From Phycisphaerales bacterium (GTDB lineage Bacteria; Planctomycetota; Phycisphaerae; WQYP01): 64,000 nucleotides of DNA. The notes beneath the pieces were generated by a model. It saw nothing but the letters and a program-made list of their open reading frames with translations, had not been told where the DNA came from and did no database searches. Below, in pieces: positions 1 to 10,072 of the stretch (position 1 is the stretch's first letter; every line of letters starts with the position of its first letter). The stretch is taken from assembly GCA_027451365.1 (NCBI GenBank), contig DAIDJN010000040.1, positions 64,001 to 128,000 on the forward strand, written 5' to 3'. A program made the translations under genes and the position numbers.

Positions 1-1470
1 CAGAAAGCGGAGCAATTGAGCTTGCAGAACCGCGATGCCACTCTCGCGGACATGAATCATCTGCGATCGCGGGCGGTCTGGCTCATAAAGTCTCCGATTG
101 GACAGGTGTATAACCGCCGCCTTCAGTTGTCTTTGCCTCTTGCCTTTCGGGGCGCGGCAGCACCCCAGAATTCCGGAAACGGCCTTCCGGACGCTCCCGT
201 TGTTCCGGGCCAATTTCAACCGGCCGCGGTTGGGAGCGTTGGGGCGTCCTCAACGGGGTCGAATCAGGCCGACCCGAATGTGCCGCCGCATGGTGCGATC
301 CTGGCCGCGACTGTGGGGCAGTCGGGTTTAGATTCCAGCGAAGTTGCGCGGAAATCCGCAGAAAATCTGAAGCTACAGGCGCAGCCTGCTCCGATAGCGG
401 CGGCCATTCTTCATCGGCGGGCCGAAATTGCCGCTGCCAGACTGAAACTGAAGCAGGCCGCAGTCACCTGCAGAAATTCCCTGCTCAAATCCGACCGACA
501 GGAAATGCGTGAGTTGCAGGCGGCGACTCAGGCTGCAATGAAGGCCAGCAATGTCAGCGGCGTGGTCGAAGCCCAGCGCGTTCTCAAGCAGGTGCGGGCC
601 GATTATAAAGTCTGTTTAACCGATGCTGTGATTGCGGATCTGGCTGCCAAAAATTCACTTATTCAGCCAACGGACGCCGCCGTTCAGAAAATCGTTAAGC
701 GGCGGGCCAGGCGAGTGGCTATGGCATTGGATGCAAATAAGCAGGCTGAGGTGAATTATCATTCGGCGATTATTCAGGCCGACAAGGCCGAAGTGTCACA
801 AATTCAAGTCGTTATTCAGAATTCAATGAAATCCAGCAATGTCAAAGGCGTCCTGAGTGGTGCTGACGCGTTAAAGGCTGCCAAAGATCAACTCGCGTCC
901 GATCAATCGGATCTCGGCATTGCTCAAACCGCGACAGGCGGTCAAGCCGTTTCCTTCATGGGCCGTGGGCGCAAGGCTTCGCGCATTGTCTATATTATTG
1001 ATCATGCTGGCGGCATGTTGGATAACTTCGGGTTTGTGGAACGCAAACTGGACGGTTCAATCAGCAGGCTCTGGGTAAATCAGTCCTTCGCCGTCATCAT
1101 TTTCCGCAAACGCTACAAAATTCTTGGCCCGTCGGCTCGAACGGGTCAACTGGAGCCGGCCACCAACGAAGTCAAGCAGGAAGTGCGAACCGCACTCAAA
1201 CGGATTCAGCCGCAGGGGCCTAATGCCTACCGCCTGAATTATTTTCTAGGCCCGTTTCAGGCGGCATTCCGGATGCGCCCACAAATCATTTACTTTCTTA
1301 GCAACGGTTCTTTTGATCCCCGGCTTGTCCCCGCAATCCACCAATTGAATCAAAAGAGCAAAGTCCGCATATTTACGTTCGCGTTTTTCAATCATGATCC
1401 GATATTCAATGCCCAGCTTAAGAAAATTGCCTCGGAAAACGGGGGCCAATACAAGCTGGTGACCCGGTAA
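1..1470 (+). CDS. 5'-partial protein: Ala/Gln/Lys-rich helical/coiled-coil region plus C-terminal vWA-like domain with degenerate MIDAS
   Basis: Frame is open to the window edge (cag aaa gcg gag caa ttg). The C-terminal 162 aa (RIVYIIDHAGGM...YFLSNG...YKLVTR) match the vWA domain at 48277-49380 at 128/162 positions by hand alignment. Confidence 0.8.
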   Translation, partial: QKAEQLSLQNRDATLADMNHLRSRAVWLIKSPIGQVYNRRLQLSLPLAFRGAAAPQNSGNGLPDAPVVPGQFQPAAVGSVGASSTGSNQADPNVPPHGAILAATVGQSGLDSSEVARKSAENLKLQAQPAPIAAAILHRRAEIAAARLKLKQAAVTCRNSLLKSDRQEMRELQAATQAAMKASNVSGVVEAQRVLKQVRADYKVCLTDAVIADLAAKNSLIQPTDAAVQKIVKRRARRVAMALDANKQAEVNYHSAIIQADKAEVSQIQVVIQNSMKSSNVKGVLSGADALKAAKDQLASDQSDLGIAQTATGGQAVSFMGRGRKASRIVYIIDHAGGMLDNFGFVERKLDGSISRLWVNQSFAVIIFRKRYKILGPSARTGQLEPATNEVKQEVRTALKRIQPQGPNAYRLNYFLGPFQAAFRMRPQIIYFLSNGSFDPRLVPAIHQLNQKSKVRIFTFAFFNHDPIFNAQLKKIASENGGQYKLVTR

Positions 1471-2016
1471 GGCGGCTGCCCGGTGATAAGTTTTGCCGCC
1501 GTCTGTCGCGCTGGCTCACGACCATCCGGCATAGGGATTTTATGCGTCTGCCTCACCATACCGCATGATGGCGGCAGGTCGGTTTATGGCCTTAGCTCCG
1601 TTGGTCGGCACCCTTAAACGTCTGCAACTGCTTTGACATGTTTTTGAGAATCTTCATGTGACGGCCAGTCATCGGCAGTTCGATTTAACCGATTGCTGAT
1701 TCCGCCGGTGTCGGTCTGCGGGAAATTGAACGTCCGAACCCAAAATGCGGACGGATATTCCGTTAAGCCGTCGGCCCCCGTCGTGGTTTGCCATTGACCC
1801 GATATTTGCTTCGGGGCGAAAATCGGAAACGGCGCGTGCTAACATTTTCGGCGCTTCGGGTGGTTCAGGCACGTCGGCTTCAGCACACAGCGCCTTTTGG
1901 CGCGATGGCGGTTCCTATGCCGACAATCGGCAACTACCGCTGAATGCACAGGGAAACTTCAGGCGATAGGCGGACGGCTTTATAGCTCAGTGCGGTGCGT
2001 GTATATTCCCCGACAG

Positions 2017-3246
2017 ATGATAGTGAAGCCCTATTTAATTACCGACAGCCTGATTGCATCCTTCTGGACGGCGGAAATTCTGCTGCAAATCTGGGGCGTT
2101 CGCGTGGCCCAGTTTTTTTCCATGCGCATGCCACGTGTGGCCGCAGCGCCCCTTGCGGCGGTACACCCGTCGGTGGCGGTGATTCTGCCGATTAAAGGCG
2201 TGGATTCCTGCACTGAACAGAATATTGCGGCATTATGCCGTCAGCATTATCCCAACTATCGGCTGATATTCAGTGTCGAATCCATTGACGATCCGGTGGT
2301 GAAACTGATCGAAAACATTTCCGCCGGCAGATCCGACGGTCGGGTGGCGCTGGTGGTGGCCGGAGCCGCGACGGATCGCGGACAGAAGGTGCATAATCAA
2401 CTCGCCGCGGTGGCCGCCACCACCGAAGAAGACCAGATTCTGGCGTTTATGGATGCCGATGCCTGTCCGGCATCGGATTGGCTTCATGCGCTGGTAACGC
2501 CGCTGACCTATGGGCCGCATATTGGCGCGACCACCGGCTACCGGTTCTACGTGCCGGCCGGCCCAAGCGGAGCAAATGACACGCTCTGCGTGCTTAACAG
2601 CCTGGTGGGAAGTTTGATGGGGCCGTACCGCCGCACAATGGCATGGGGTGGATCGATGGCGATTCGCCGGGCGGATTTTTTTTCCTACGGAGTCGACGCC
2701 CTCTGGCAGGGGGCGCTGAGTGACGATTACGCACTGTCCTATTGCGTGCGGAGAAAAGCCAGAACGCGGATTCATTTTGTGCCGCAGTGTCTGGTGGCAT
2801 CGGCGGCCTCATTTAACTGGCATTCGTTGAATGAATTCGCCGTGCGGCAATACCGTATTACCCGGATTTGCGCGCCGCGCGTATGGCTGGCGGCAATCAG
2901 CGGGGCTCTGCTGTTTGTTTTTGCGCTGCTTTCTTCCCTGGTGATCACCCTTGAGGCGGTGGATTTTCATCGCACCGATTTCTGGATTCCGCTGGCCGTC
3001 TTTCTGGTGATTTATCTGTTAAGCTGCCTGCGCGGGTATATGTTATTGCGCGGCGGACGGCGGCTGCTGCCCGGTCACGAACCAGAACTCAAAAGGGCGC
3101 GGCATTATTTTATCATTGGATTTCCACTGATGCAGATGGTCAATGCGTTTTTTATCCTGCGGTCGGCAGTGGGAAGCCGGATTGTCTGGCGCGGCACTGA
3201 ATATCAGATGAACGGACTGGGCCGAACGCGGATTGTATCGCGGTGA
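2017..3246 (+). CDS. Glycosyltransferase family 2/21 (ceramide glucosyltransferase/HpnI-like), membrane-bound
   Basis: N-terminal TM, VILPIKG, KVHNQ, MDADA (DxD), WGGSMA, SDDY, C-terminal TM helices and IVWRG..Y. ATG at 2017 preferred over TTG at 1897. Confidence 0.8.
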   Translation: MIVKPYLITDSLIASFWTAEILLQIWGVRVAQFFSMRMPRVAAAPLAAVHPSVAVILPIKGVDSCTEQNIAALCRQHYPNYRLIFSVESIDDPVVKLIENISAGRSDGRVALVVAGAATDRGQKVHNQLAAVAATTEEDQILAFMDADACPASDWLHALVTPLTYGPHIGATTGYRFYVPAGPSGANDTLCVLNSLVGSLMGPYRRTMAWGGSMAIRRADFFSYGVDALWQGALSDDYALSYCVRRKARTRIHFVPQCLVASAASFNWHSLNEFAVRQYRITRICAPRVWLAAISGALLFVFALLSSLVITLEAVDFHRTDFWIPLAVFLVIYLLSCLRGYMLLRGGRRLLPGHEPELKRARHYFIIGFPLMQMVNAFFILRSAVGSRIVWRGTEYQMNGLGRTRIVSR

Positions 3247-3488
3247 AACGTGGGTCGGAGAGTGTGCAGGACGCTCTGCGTAGAAAAAGCATCATGCCCC
3301 CGCGACTATCGGAAAAAAATCACCTTGGTTTCAGCGTCGCGGCCGTGGATCGCCCGTCGGGTATTTTTATCGCGGACGATGAAAATAAAATCAACGATCA
3401 GTCGGCAACCCGCCAGAAAATTGCCGACCAAAGTGATTGGCGGCGTGGCGAAGAATTATAAAACCAGGAAAAGGGTGCCCCGGCGCGT

Positions 3489-3938
3489 CTAGGCGGACGG
3501 CTTCCGCTGGGCGGCCACAAAGGCCATGCGCATCTGGTATAGAGCTCCGCCGATAAGGCTCTCTTCCGCGGCGGAAAGATTGCCTTTGCTTTTTTCCTGA
3601 ATAATTCCGAGCAGGTCAATATAAAGCCGCGCCAGGTCCATATCCCGGGGCCGGGCTTTACCGCTGCCGTCGGGCAACTGACCCAGTGCCATGAGAATCT
3701 GTGTGGCATATTGCTCCACCAGAAGTTCAAAGGATGCCGACGGCAGGCTGCCGCGGGCCGTCGCGCCCGTCGCCGGCCGCGGATTGTCGGCTGATTTTTC
3801 CGTTGTCGCCTTGGCGGCCGGAATATCACCGACTTTTTCCGCAAGCTGTTCTTTTTCTTTTTCAGCCTGCGATTTCCAGTCATCATCGACATGGATTGCC
3901 GGTGCGGTTTTTGGGGACGTATCTGGTTGGTCGTTCAT
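3489..3938 (-). CDS. DUF1844 domain protein
   Basis: IHVDDDWKSQAEKEKE, ALGQ, ARLYIDLLGIIQEKSKGNL pattern. GGAGA RBS before ATG at 3938. Confidence 0.75.
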   Translation of the reverse strand: MNDQPDTSPKTAPAIHVDDDWKSQAEKEKEQLAEKVGDIPAAKATTEKSADNPRPATGATARGSLPSASFELLVEQYATQILMALGQLPDGSGKARPRDMDLARLYIDLLGIIQEKSKGNLSAAEESLIGGALYQMRMAFVAAQRKPSA

Positions 3939-4074
3939 GTGTTTCTCCATTCAAGCCGCGATCGAACCTTTCTCGGTTATGCCATCCATGTTACCATTCA
4001 CAGACGGTTGGTACACGCGCGGCAGTGTCTGCCTGTTGCGGAGCCGATAAAGAACATTTTACCGGGTGTTTGGA

Positions 4075-5514
4075 ATGGAAGAAATATTCTCTCAACTTGT
4101 CTATCAGAGTCCCCTGGTCACGCGGAATGCGTCGGCGGAAATGCTGGAAGTGTTTTCGCCGCAGCGGAAATTTTCAACCTGGCGGCGGATCTGGCTGGCG
4201 CTGGCCGAAGCCCAGCAGCAATTGGGACTGCCGATTGCCGATGAGCAGTTGAATCAGATGCGGGCGCATCTGGATGATGTGGATTTCGCCGAGGCCGCCC
4301 GTCAGGAACAGCGGCTGCGCCATGATGTAATGGCCCACCTGCACACGTTCGCCAAGGTTGCACCCGCGGCCAAGGCGATCATGCACCTTGGCGCGACTTC
4401 CATGGACATTGTGGACAATACGGATGTGCTGCTGTTGCGCGACGCGCTGGAAATAATCGTGCGGAAACTCGCCGCCGTCATTGATCGGCTGGCGGTCTTT
4501 GCGGTAGCCAATCGCGATCTTCCGGTGCTTTCTTACACCCATATTCAACCAGCGCAACCCAGCACGCTGGGCAAGCGGGCGGTGCTCTGGTGTTACGATT
4601 TTGTGCTGACACTGGCGGACCTGGAACTGCGACTGCAAACTCTGATGCTGCGCGGCATCAAGGGAACCACCGGCACACAGGCATCTTTTGTTGAACTTTT
4701 CGGCGGTGACCAGGAAAAAGTGCGGCGGCTGGAATTTGCGGTTGCCGAAAAGCTGGGATTCAAACGGGTTCACCCGGTTTCCGGTCAGACCTATTCACGC
4801 ATTGTGGATGTGCAGATTATCGCGTCGTTGGCGGCGGTGGGCGCGGCGGCCCATAAAATGGCACAGGATGTTCGCCTGCTTTCCGCCTTTAAGGAGGTCG
4901 ATGAACCTTTTGATGAGGAGCAGGTGGGATCTTCGGCCATGGCTTATAAGCGCAACCCGGTTTTATGCGAACGCGTGACCGGTCTGGCACGCTGGTTGAT
5001 GGGCATCGTGACACAGCCGCTTTTTACCGCCGCCCAGCAGATGTTTGAACGCACGCTGGACGATTCCTCAAACAAGCGCCTTTCCGTGCCGGAGGCCTTC
5101 CTGACCACGGACGCAATTCTGGATATTCTGTTTAAGGTTTCCGGAGGACTGGTGGTGAACCGCAGCGTCATTGAACAGCGACTGAATGCGGAACTGCCCT
5201 TTATGGCCACGGAAAATGTGCTCATGGCCGCGGTGAAGGCCGGTGGCGACCGGCAGGATCTGCATGAACGTATTCGCCGACATTCCATGGCCGCAGCGCT
5301 GCAGGTCAAGGAGATGGGCAAGTCGAACGATTTAATGGAGCGATTGCGCGGTGACCCGGCGTTTGCCGGCGTAGAATTAAGCCAGGTCATGGATGCCCGG
5401 CAGTATATTGGCCGATCGGCACAGCAGGTGGATGAATTTGTACATCAGATTGTCGAACCTATTCAGCAGCGGTATCGCGGCAAGCTTGAACGCAAGGTGA
5501 CAATTAAAGTGTAA
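4075..5514 (+). CDS. purB: Adenylosuccinate lyase
   Basis: RHDVMAH, HLGATS, THIQPAQ, GSSAMAYKRNP (fumarase/lyase signature), FERTLDDS. Confidence 0.96.
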   Translation: MEEIFSQLVYQSPLVTRNASAEMLEVFSPQRKFSTWRRIWLALAEAQQQLGLPIADEQLNQMRAHLDDVDFAEAARQEQRLRHDVMAHLHTFAKVAPAAKAIMHLGATSMDIVDNTDVLLLRDALEIIVRKLAAVIDRLAVFAVANRDLPVLSYTHIQPAQPSTLGKRAVLWCYDFVLTLADLELRLQTLMLRGIKGTTGTQASFVELFGGDQEKVRRLEFAVAEKLGFKRVHPVSGQTYSRIVDVQIIASLAAVGAAAHKMAQDVRLLSAFKEVDEPFDEEQVGSSAMAYKRNPVLCERVTGLARWLMGIVTQPLFTAAQQMFERTLDDSSNKRLSVPEAFLTTDAILDILFKVSGGLVVNRSVIEQRLNAELPFMATENVLMAAVKAGGDRQDLHERIRRHSMAAALQVKEMGKSNDLMERLRGDPAFAGVELSQVMDARQYIGRSAQQVDEFVHQIVEPIQQRYRGKLERKVTIKV

Positions 5515-5578
5515 CCACGCCTGTGCCGCGTTCAGTGAAGCGGTCGCCGAATCCTGGCCTTCACCCCGGGACCTTGTG

Positions 5579-6421
5579 TTATGCCAGATCGCCCTCGACA
5601 ACGCGCAAACATTGCAGCGGGACATAAAATTTCAAATAGCGGCCGCCATTGGTATAGAGCGGTCCATTCGGGGAATCCACCAGCACCGTGGCGCGACTGG
5701 TGACACGGTTCACGCGTCCGCGATGAAGCCTTCCCGCGGATTCAAATTCCACAATGCTGCCGACATGAATGGCGTGATGAATTTCCGCACGCTGGCGCGG
5801 CGTGACCAGGTTATGCCGTGATTGCGTGTGACCGAAGATATTGGCAATAAGTGTTTTGAATCGGGGCTTTGCGCAACTGGATTCACCGCAGGCCAGCAAT
5901 TCAAGCAGATGAATCATTTCATGTTCCATAATCCGCTGAAGGGCGCTGATGCGGTCAGGGCAATGCAGCCCGCCAACGCTCACCGATTCAGCAGGATCGC
6001 GGAAATTGCTGAACAGGAGATGTCCGGAAACCGCGATTTCATATTCCGGCCGGGACATGCCCAGCATGTTCCGGCGGCGGCGTGTAATGGTTTTGCCGCC
6101 GGCGCTGGTCATCGTCGGGGAAAGTCGAAAAGCCACGGGCAAGCCCGATTTTTCCGCCACTGTTTGTTGAATCCAGCGATGGAAAAAAATGGCGTCATAC
6201 ATGCCAAAAATAAATCGCAGGTCCTCCGGCGGAAGCGACGTGAAATTGGGATTGGTGTAATGGCTCGAAACGCTGGCAAGCATCTGACGGACCAGTCCGG
6301 TTTTGTCCGCAATTTCCGCCTGTGTAAAACGCAGCAGCAGTGGATTGGTCGGTGGGGCCGCGGGCATATTGACCGATGGCGGGAGTGCCGGGGTGGAAAA
6401 AAGTTCAGATCGGGTGTTCAT
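5579..6421 (-). CDS. SprT-like zinc metalloprotease domain protein
   Basis: HEMIH (HExxH), MTSAGGKT, and a C-terminal GRVNRVTSRATVLV beta module. Confidence 0.7.
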   Translation of the reverse strand: MNTRSELFSTPALPPSVNMPAAPPTNPLLLRFTQAEIADKTGLVRQMLASVSSHYTNPNFTSLPPEDLRFIFGMYDAIFFHRWIQQTVAEKSGLPVAFRLSPTMTSAGGKTITRRRRNMLGMSRPEYEIAVSGHLLFSNFRDPAESVSVGGLHCPDRISALQRIMEHEMIHLLELLACGESSCAKPRFKTLIANIFGHTQSRHNLVTPRQRAEIHHAIHVGSIVEFESAGRLHRGRVNRVTSRATVLVDSPNGPLYTNGGRYLKFYVPLQCLRVVEGDLA

Positions 6422-6461
6422 GCGGCCAATTCCGTTTGGTCAAACTTGTGTTCGTAAGGGA

Positions 6462-6740
6462 TCAGTCATCTGGCTGGGTGGGGGGCGGCTTATCGTCCGT
6501 GTCAGGAGTCTCGGTGCTGCCGATGCGCCGGGCGTCCCGTGCGGTAAAAATGCCGCAGGTTTCTTCGGCCTGGTCAAACATGATCACAACCTTGCCCGCG
6601 CGCAACTGGGTCATGACGTCATGCACCATATCGGGCAGCGGCGTTTCCTGGTGGCCGTGAACCGCTCCCTGGCGGGTGACATAGTCTTCAATGATGGATT
6701 GAAGCGTGTCCGGGCGTAATTCTTCATAAGGAATGATCAT
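6462..6740 (-). CDS. YheU/UPF0270 family protein
   Basis: MIIPYEELRPDTLQSIIEDYVTRQG...QLRAGKVVIMFD matches the family pattern. ATGA overlap with mnmA. Confidence 0.8.
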   Translation of the reverse strand: MIIPYEELRPDTLQSIIEDYVTRQGAVHGHQETPLPDMVHDVMTQLRAGKVVIMFDQAEETCGIFTARDARRIGSTETPDTDDKPPPTQPDD

Positions 6741-7981
6741 GGTGCCTGTATTTCCTGTGCCATCGCAGGCGGGCAGTCAATGGCCGCGCCGGGGCGATTG
6801 GACAACATTTCGGCGTGGGGTACCAGATCGTCGGTGACCGCGTCAATCCATCCGCCACCTAAAAGCCGCTGGTCATCATAGCAGACCACGGCCTGGCCCG
6901 GTGTAATGGCGGCAACCGGAGTATCAAATTCAACCAGCAGTTCATTGGCACCGTTGAGTACGGCGGTGGCCGGGGCAGGAGGCGAGTTATAGCGCACCTT
7001 GGCCGTGACGCGAATGGGGCGTTGCGGCCGGTTTGTCAGCCAGTTCACTTCCTTGGCCAAAAGAGCCCGATGCAACAGGCCTTCGCGCGGGCCTACACGC
7101 ACTGTGTTGGAATTGGCGTCTATTCCGGTTACGTAAATCGGATAGCCGAAGGCCACACCCACGCCGCGCCGCTGGCCGAGCGTGAAATTCTGATGTCCGG
7201 CGTGCTGTCCGACTACTTGTCCGGAGGCATCCACAATGTTGCCGGGCTTAAGCGTCTGCGGAGAACGCTTTTGCAGAAGATTCACATAATTGTTGTCCGG
7301 AACAAAGCAGATTTCCTGAGAGTCGGGTTTGTCATGTACCGGCAGGCCAAGTTCGCGGGCCATGGCGCGCACTTCTGATTTTGGAAAATCGCCAACTGGC
7401 AGCAACATGCGGGGAAGTTCGTCGGGCGGCACGCCAAAAAGAACATAGCTCTGGTCTTTGGCGGTATCCGTGCCGCGCCATAATTCAACTTCGCCACTCG
7501 AATCGCGATGAATGCGGGCATAATGGCCGGTGGCCACATAATCCGCGCCCAGGGCGCGGGCATAACGCGCCAACTTGCCGAATTTCAGGTACTCGTTGCA
7601 GCGGACGCAGGGGTTCGGCGTGCGGCCACGGTTGTATTCACCTACAAAATAATCAATGATGCCACCAAAATCCCGCTGAAAATTCAACGCATAAAATGGA
7701 ATGTCCAATAACCCCGCCACATAGCGTGCATCGGCGGCATCTCCGGTGGAACAACAGCCCTGATGGTGTGCTTTAGGTCCACCACCGGCGCTGGTCATGG
7801 CCGAAGGCTTAAGCGGGGCGCAGGCGACGGGCGTATCGTCATCGGCACCCGCCGGGTCGTTGCCCAGACGCATGAATACGCCCACACAGTTGTATCCTTG
7901 CTTTTTCAGCAGCGCCGCCGCTACGGAGCTATCCACTCCGCCGGACATGGCTATCACCACTGTTTTCCCGTTTGCGGGCAC
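6737..7981 (-). CDS. mnmA: tRNA-specific 2-thiouridylase
   Basis: AMSGGVDSSV PP-loop, TPNPCVRCN, ATGHYA, KDQSY, KPDSQEICF, TPGQA. GTG at 7981 follows a GAGG RBS. Confidence 0.96.
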   Translation of the reverse strand: MPANGKTVVIAMSGGVDSSVAAALLKKQGYNCVGVFMRLGNDPAGADDDTPVACAPLKPSAMTSAGGGPKAHHQGCCSTGDAADARYVAGLLDIPFYALNFQRDFGGIIDYFVGEYNRGRTPNPCVRCNEYLKFGKLARYARALGADYVATGHYARIHRDSSGEVELWRGTDTAKDQSYVLFGVPPDELPRMLLPVGDFPKSEVRAMARELGLPVHDKPDSQEICFVPDNNYVNLLQKRSPQTLKPGNIVDASGQVVGQHAGHQNFTLGQRRGVGVAFGYPIYVTGIDANSNTVRVGPREGLLHRALLAKEVNWLTNRPQRPIRVTAKVRYNSPPAPATAVLNGANELLVEFDTPVAAITPGQAVVCYDDQRLLGGGWIDAVTDDLVPHAEMLSNRPGAAIDCPPAMAQEIQAP

Positions 7982-8196
7982 TTGAAAACCTCTGTACGTT
8001 TTGCGCCAGCGGCCAATGGGCCGTGACCGGCAGAACAATCGGCCGAATTATAGCGGCTTTTCACATTTGTTTCACCGATTCATATTGCGGCTTGCCCAGA
8101 GCCATGCCGGCAAGGTTGCCTCTCTATCGGCCTGGCCGGATATTCAGTGGGCCAACGGCAGATGCCGCACCGGTTGCCGCCGCGGGGAACTATAAT

Positions 8197-8595
8197 TCAA
8201 CTGATTTCCGAGGTAATCTTAGGCGGTTGCTCCAGCGTTTTAAGCACCGGACAGGTGTGGATCGCATTGCGGACACGCGGATGGAGTTCGGGCGGTAATT
8301 GCGACAGTACATTTTTCAGTTTAACGGTCATATCCCCCAGACGGGAAGGATTAGTCACATATGTTTTGTTCACTGCGGCTTCTATGCCTGTCAGCGGATG
8401 ACCGTGCTGCTTTGCGGTCAGCAGGGCGAGCATCATTTCGCAGGCGGCCAGTGCGGCCGGCACAAGATCGGTCGGGCCGGGGCCGGTGGCGGTACCACCA
8501 CTTTTAACAGGCAGGTCGATGCGGAATGTCCAGTCCGGTCCTTTGACGTCTATGGCGAATGGGCCGACTTGGGTCAGGGTAATCTCGGTAGCCAT
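8197..8595 (-). CDS. OsmC family protein
   Basis: GPGPTDLVPAALAAC ... CPVLKTL two-Cys OsmC/YhfA pattern. Confidence 0.85.
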   Translation of the reverse strand: MATEITLTQVGPFAIDVKGPDWTFRIDLPVKSGGTATGPGPTDLVPAALAACEMMLALLTAKQHGHPLTGIEAAVNKTYVTNPSRLGDMTVKLKNVLSQLPPELHPRVRNAIHTCPVLKTLEQPPKITSEIS

Positions 8596-9047
8596 GTCAA
8601 TTCTCCAAATACACGGGCCGTTACAACTTCGGGCACCCGGTGTTCTAATGTTAAGAGTATTGCAATCCTAATACGACCGTCCAAATCTTAATTGTAATTT
8701 AATTCCTATATTGCATTATAACGATAGATAGCTTACAATCAATATATTCGCTAGTACGAATAATATTGTCATCAGATTCGTATTTTGCGCGTTTGTCTGG
8801 CCGTGGAGACCTAATGGGCGGTTGAATCCGACGCTGCGAATTCTAACGGTGTGACATTTTGTCCCGAACGGCCATGCGGACCATTGCTTTGCCGAGTCTG
8901 ATTTCTTATCATAGTCCTCATGAAATGAGAGGAGAGAATTGGCCTTGCGGTTTAGCGGGCAATTGGCCCGGTGCATGGTAGGCGGAGCGGGAGGCACGGG
9001 GATCGTGCTTGCGGAATCCTTATTTGCATGGAAGGCCAGGATAACCT

Positions 9048-9911
9048 ATGACCCAACTGATGACTTCGGTTCAAACCCAGGCGTCTGAACAATCAGCAAT
9101 AACCACGCAGCGAAAGCACGTGGATGTCCCCGCCGGACTTTGGCTGGCATGTCCGGGCTGCGGCGAAATGGTGTATCGCAAGGAAATGGAAGCAAACTTC
9201 CATAGCTGCCCGCGATGCAGTCATCATTTTCGCGTTAGTGCCCGTCAGCGGGTGGACATGCTGGTGGACATCGGCACTTTTGAAGAAATAGACAAGCGGA
9301 TGGTGTCCGCCGATCCCATTTCATTTAATGCTCGCAAGAGTTACAAACAACAACTGCTGGAAGCCCAAAAGGCATCCGGCTCATCAGATGCGGTAATTAC
9401 CGGAAAAGGGTTTGTAAAAGGCCGGCCGATGGTTCTGGCGGCGATGGATTTTTTCTTTCTTGCCGGTTCAATGGGATCAGTGGTGGGGGAAAAAATAACC
9501 CGCGCGATTGAACTGGCAACGGCGGAGCATCTGCCCCTTGTAATCGTGTCCTGCTCGGGCGGTGCCCGCATGCAGGAAAGCACCGCCAGCCTTATGCAGA
9601 TGGCCAAAACATCGGCGGCGCTGGCCCGGCTGCATCGTGCCGGAGGACTGTTTATCAGCCTGCTGGCCGACCCGACTACCGGCGGCACAACGGCAAGTTT
9701 TGCAATGCTCGGCGATATTATTTACGCCGAACCAAAGGCAATGATTGGTTTCGCCGGACCTCGCACGATTGCCAATACAATTAAAGTGGAACTGCCCGAT
9801 GGGTTTCAGCGGGCGGAATTCCTGGTCGAAAAAGGATTCGTGGACCGCATTGTGCCGCGATCCGAACTCCGATCAACGCTGGCACGGGCGTTTGATTTCT
9901 TCGGCAGATAA
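9048..9911 (+). CDS. accD: Acetyl-CoA carboxylase carboxyltransferase subunit beta
   Basis: N-terminal Zn finger (CPGC/CPRC), GSMGSVVGEKI, SGGARMQE, PTTGGTTASFA, IGFAGPR. Confidence 0.96.
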   Translation: MTQLMTSVQTQASEQSAITTQRKHVDVPAGLWLACPGCGEMVYRKEMEANFHSCPRCSHHFRVSARQRVDMLVDIGTFEEIDKRMVSADPISFNARKSYKQQLLEAQKASGSSDAVITGKGFVKGRPMVLAAMDFFFLAGSMGSVVGEKITRAIELATAEHLPLVIVSCSGGARMQESTASLMQMAKTSAALARLHRAGGLFISLLADPTTGGTTASFAMLGDIIYAEPKAMIGFAGPRTIANTIKVELPDGFQRAEFLVEKGFVDRIVPRSELRSTLARAFDFFGR

Positions 9912-10003
9912 CACCGCCCGGCCTTCCCGCGGGGGATTTGGTCACTTGCGTTTCTCACCGCCTGCGTTGCAATTCCCTGTAAAATATTTCTGCAGGACAC
10001 AAT

Positions 10004-10037
10004 AAAAAAGGCGACCGCTGATGGTGCGGTCGCCTTT
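10004..10037 (-). terminator. Rho-independent terminator for the prepilin-like gene (possibly bidirectional with accD)
   Basis: Hairpin aaaggcgaccgc-tgatggt-gcggtcgccttt followed by a U6 run on the minus strand. Confidence 0.75.
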
Positions 10038-10072
10038 GGGTGTTGATATATAAATTTTTCGTATCGCCAATT

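Noticed and set aside
981..1470. vWA repeat pair (with 48891-49380) as a DGR template/variable region
   Set aside because: Differences are not adenine-specific and are largely synonymous; both copies are coding and there is no reverse transcriptase in the window.
1471..2016. Intergenic region / small ORFs before the glycosyltransferase
   Set aside because: ORFs lack RBS and motifs; no recognisable RNA structure.
3250..3492. Small basic ORF convergent with the DUF1844 gene
   Set aside because: No family similarity and only weak start signals; cannot be supported.
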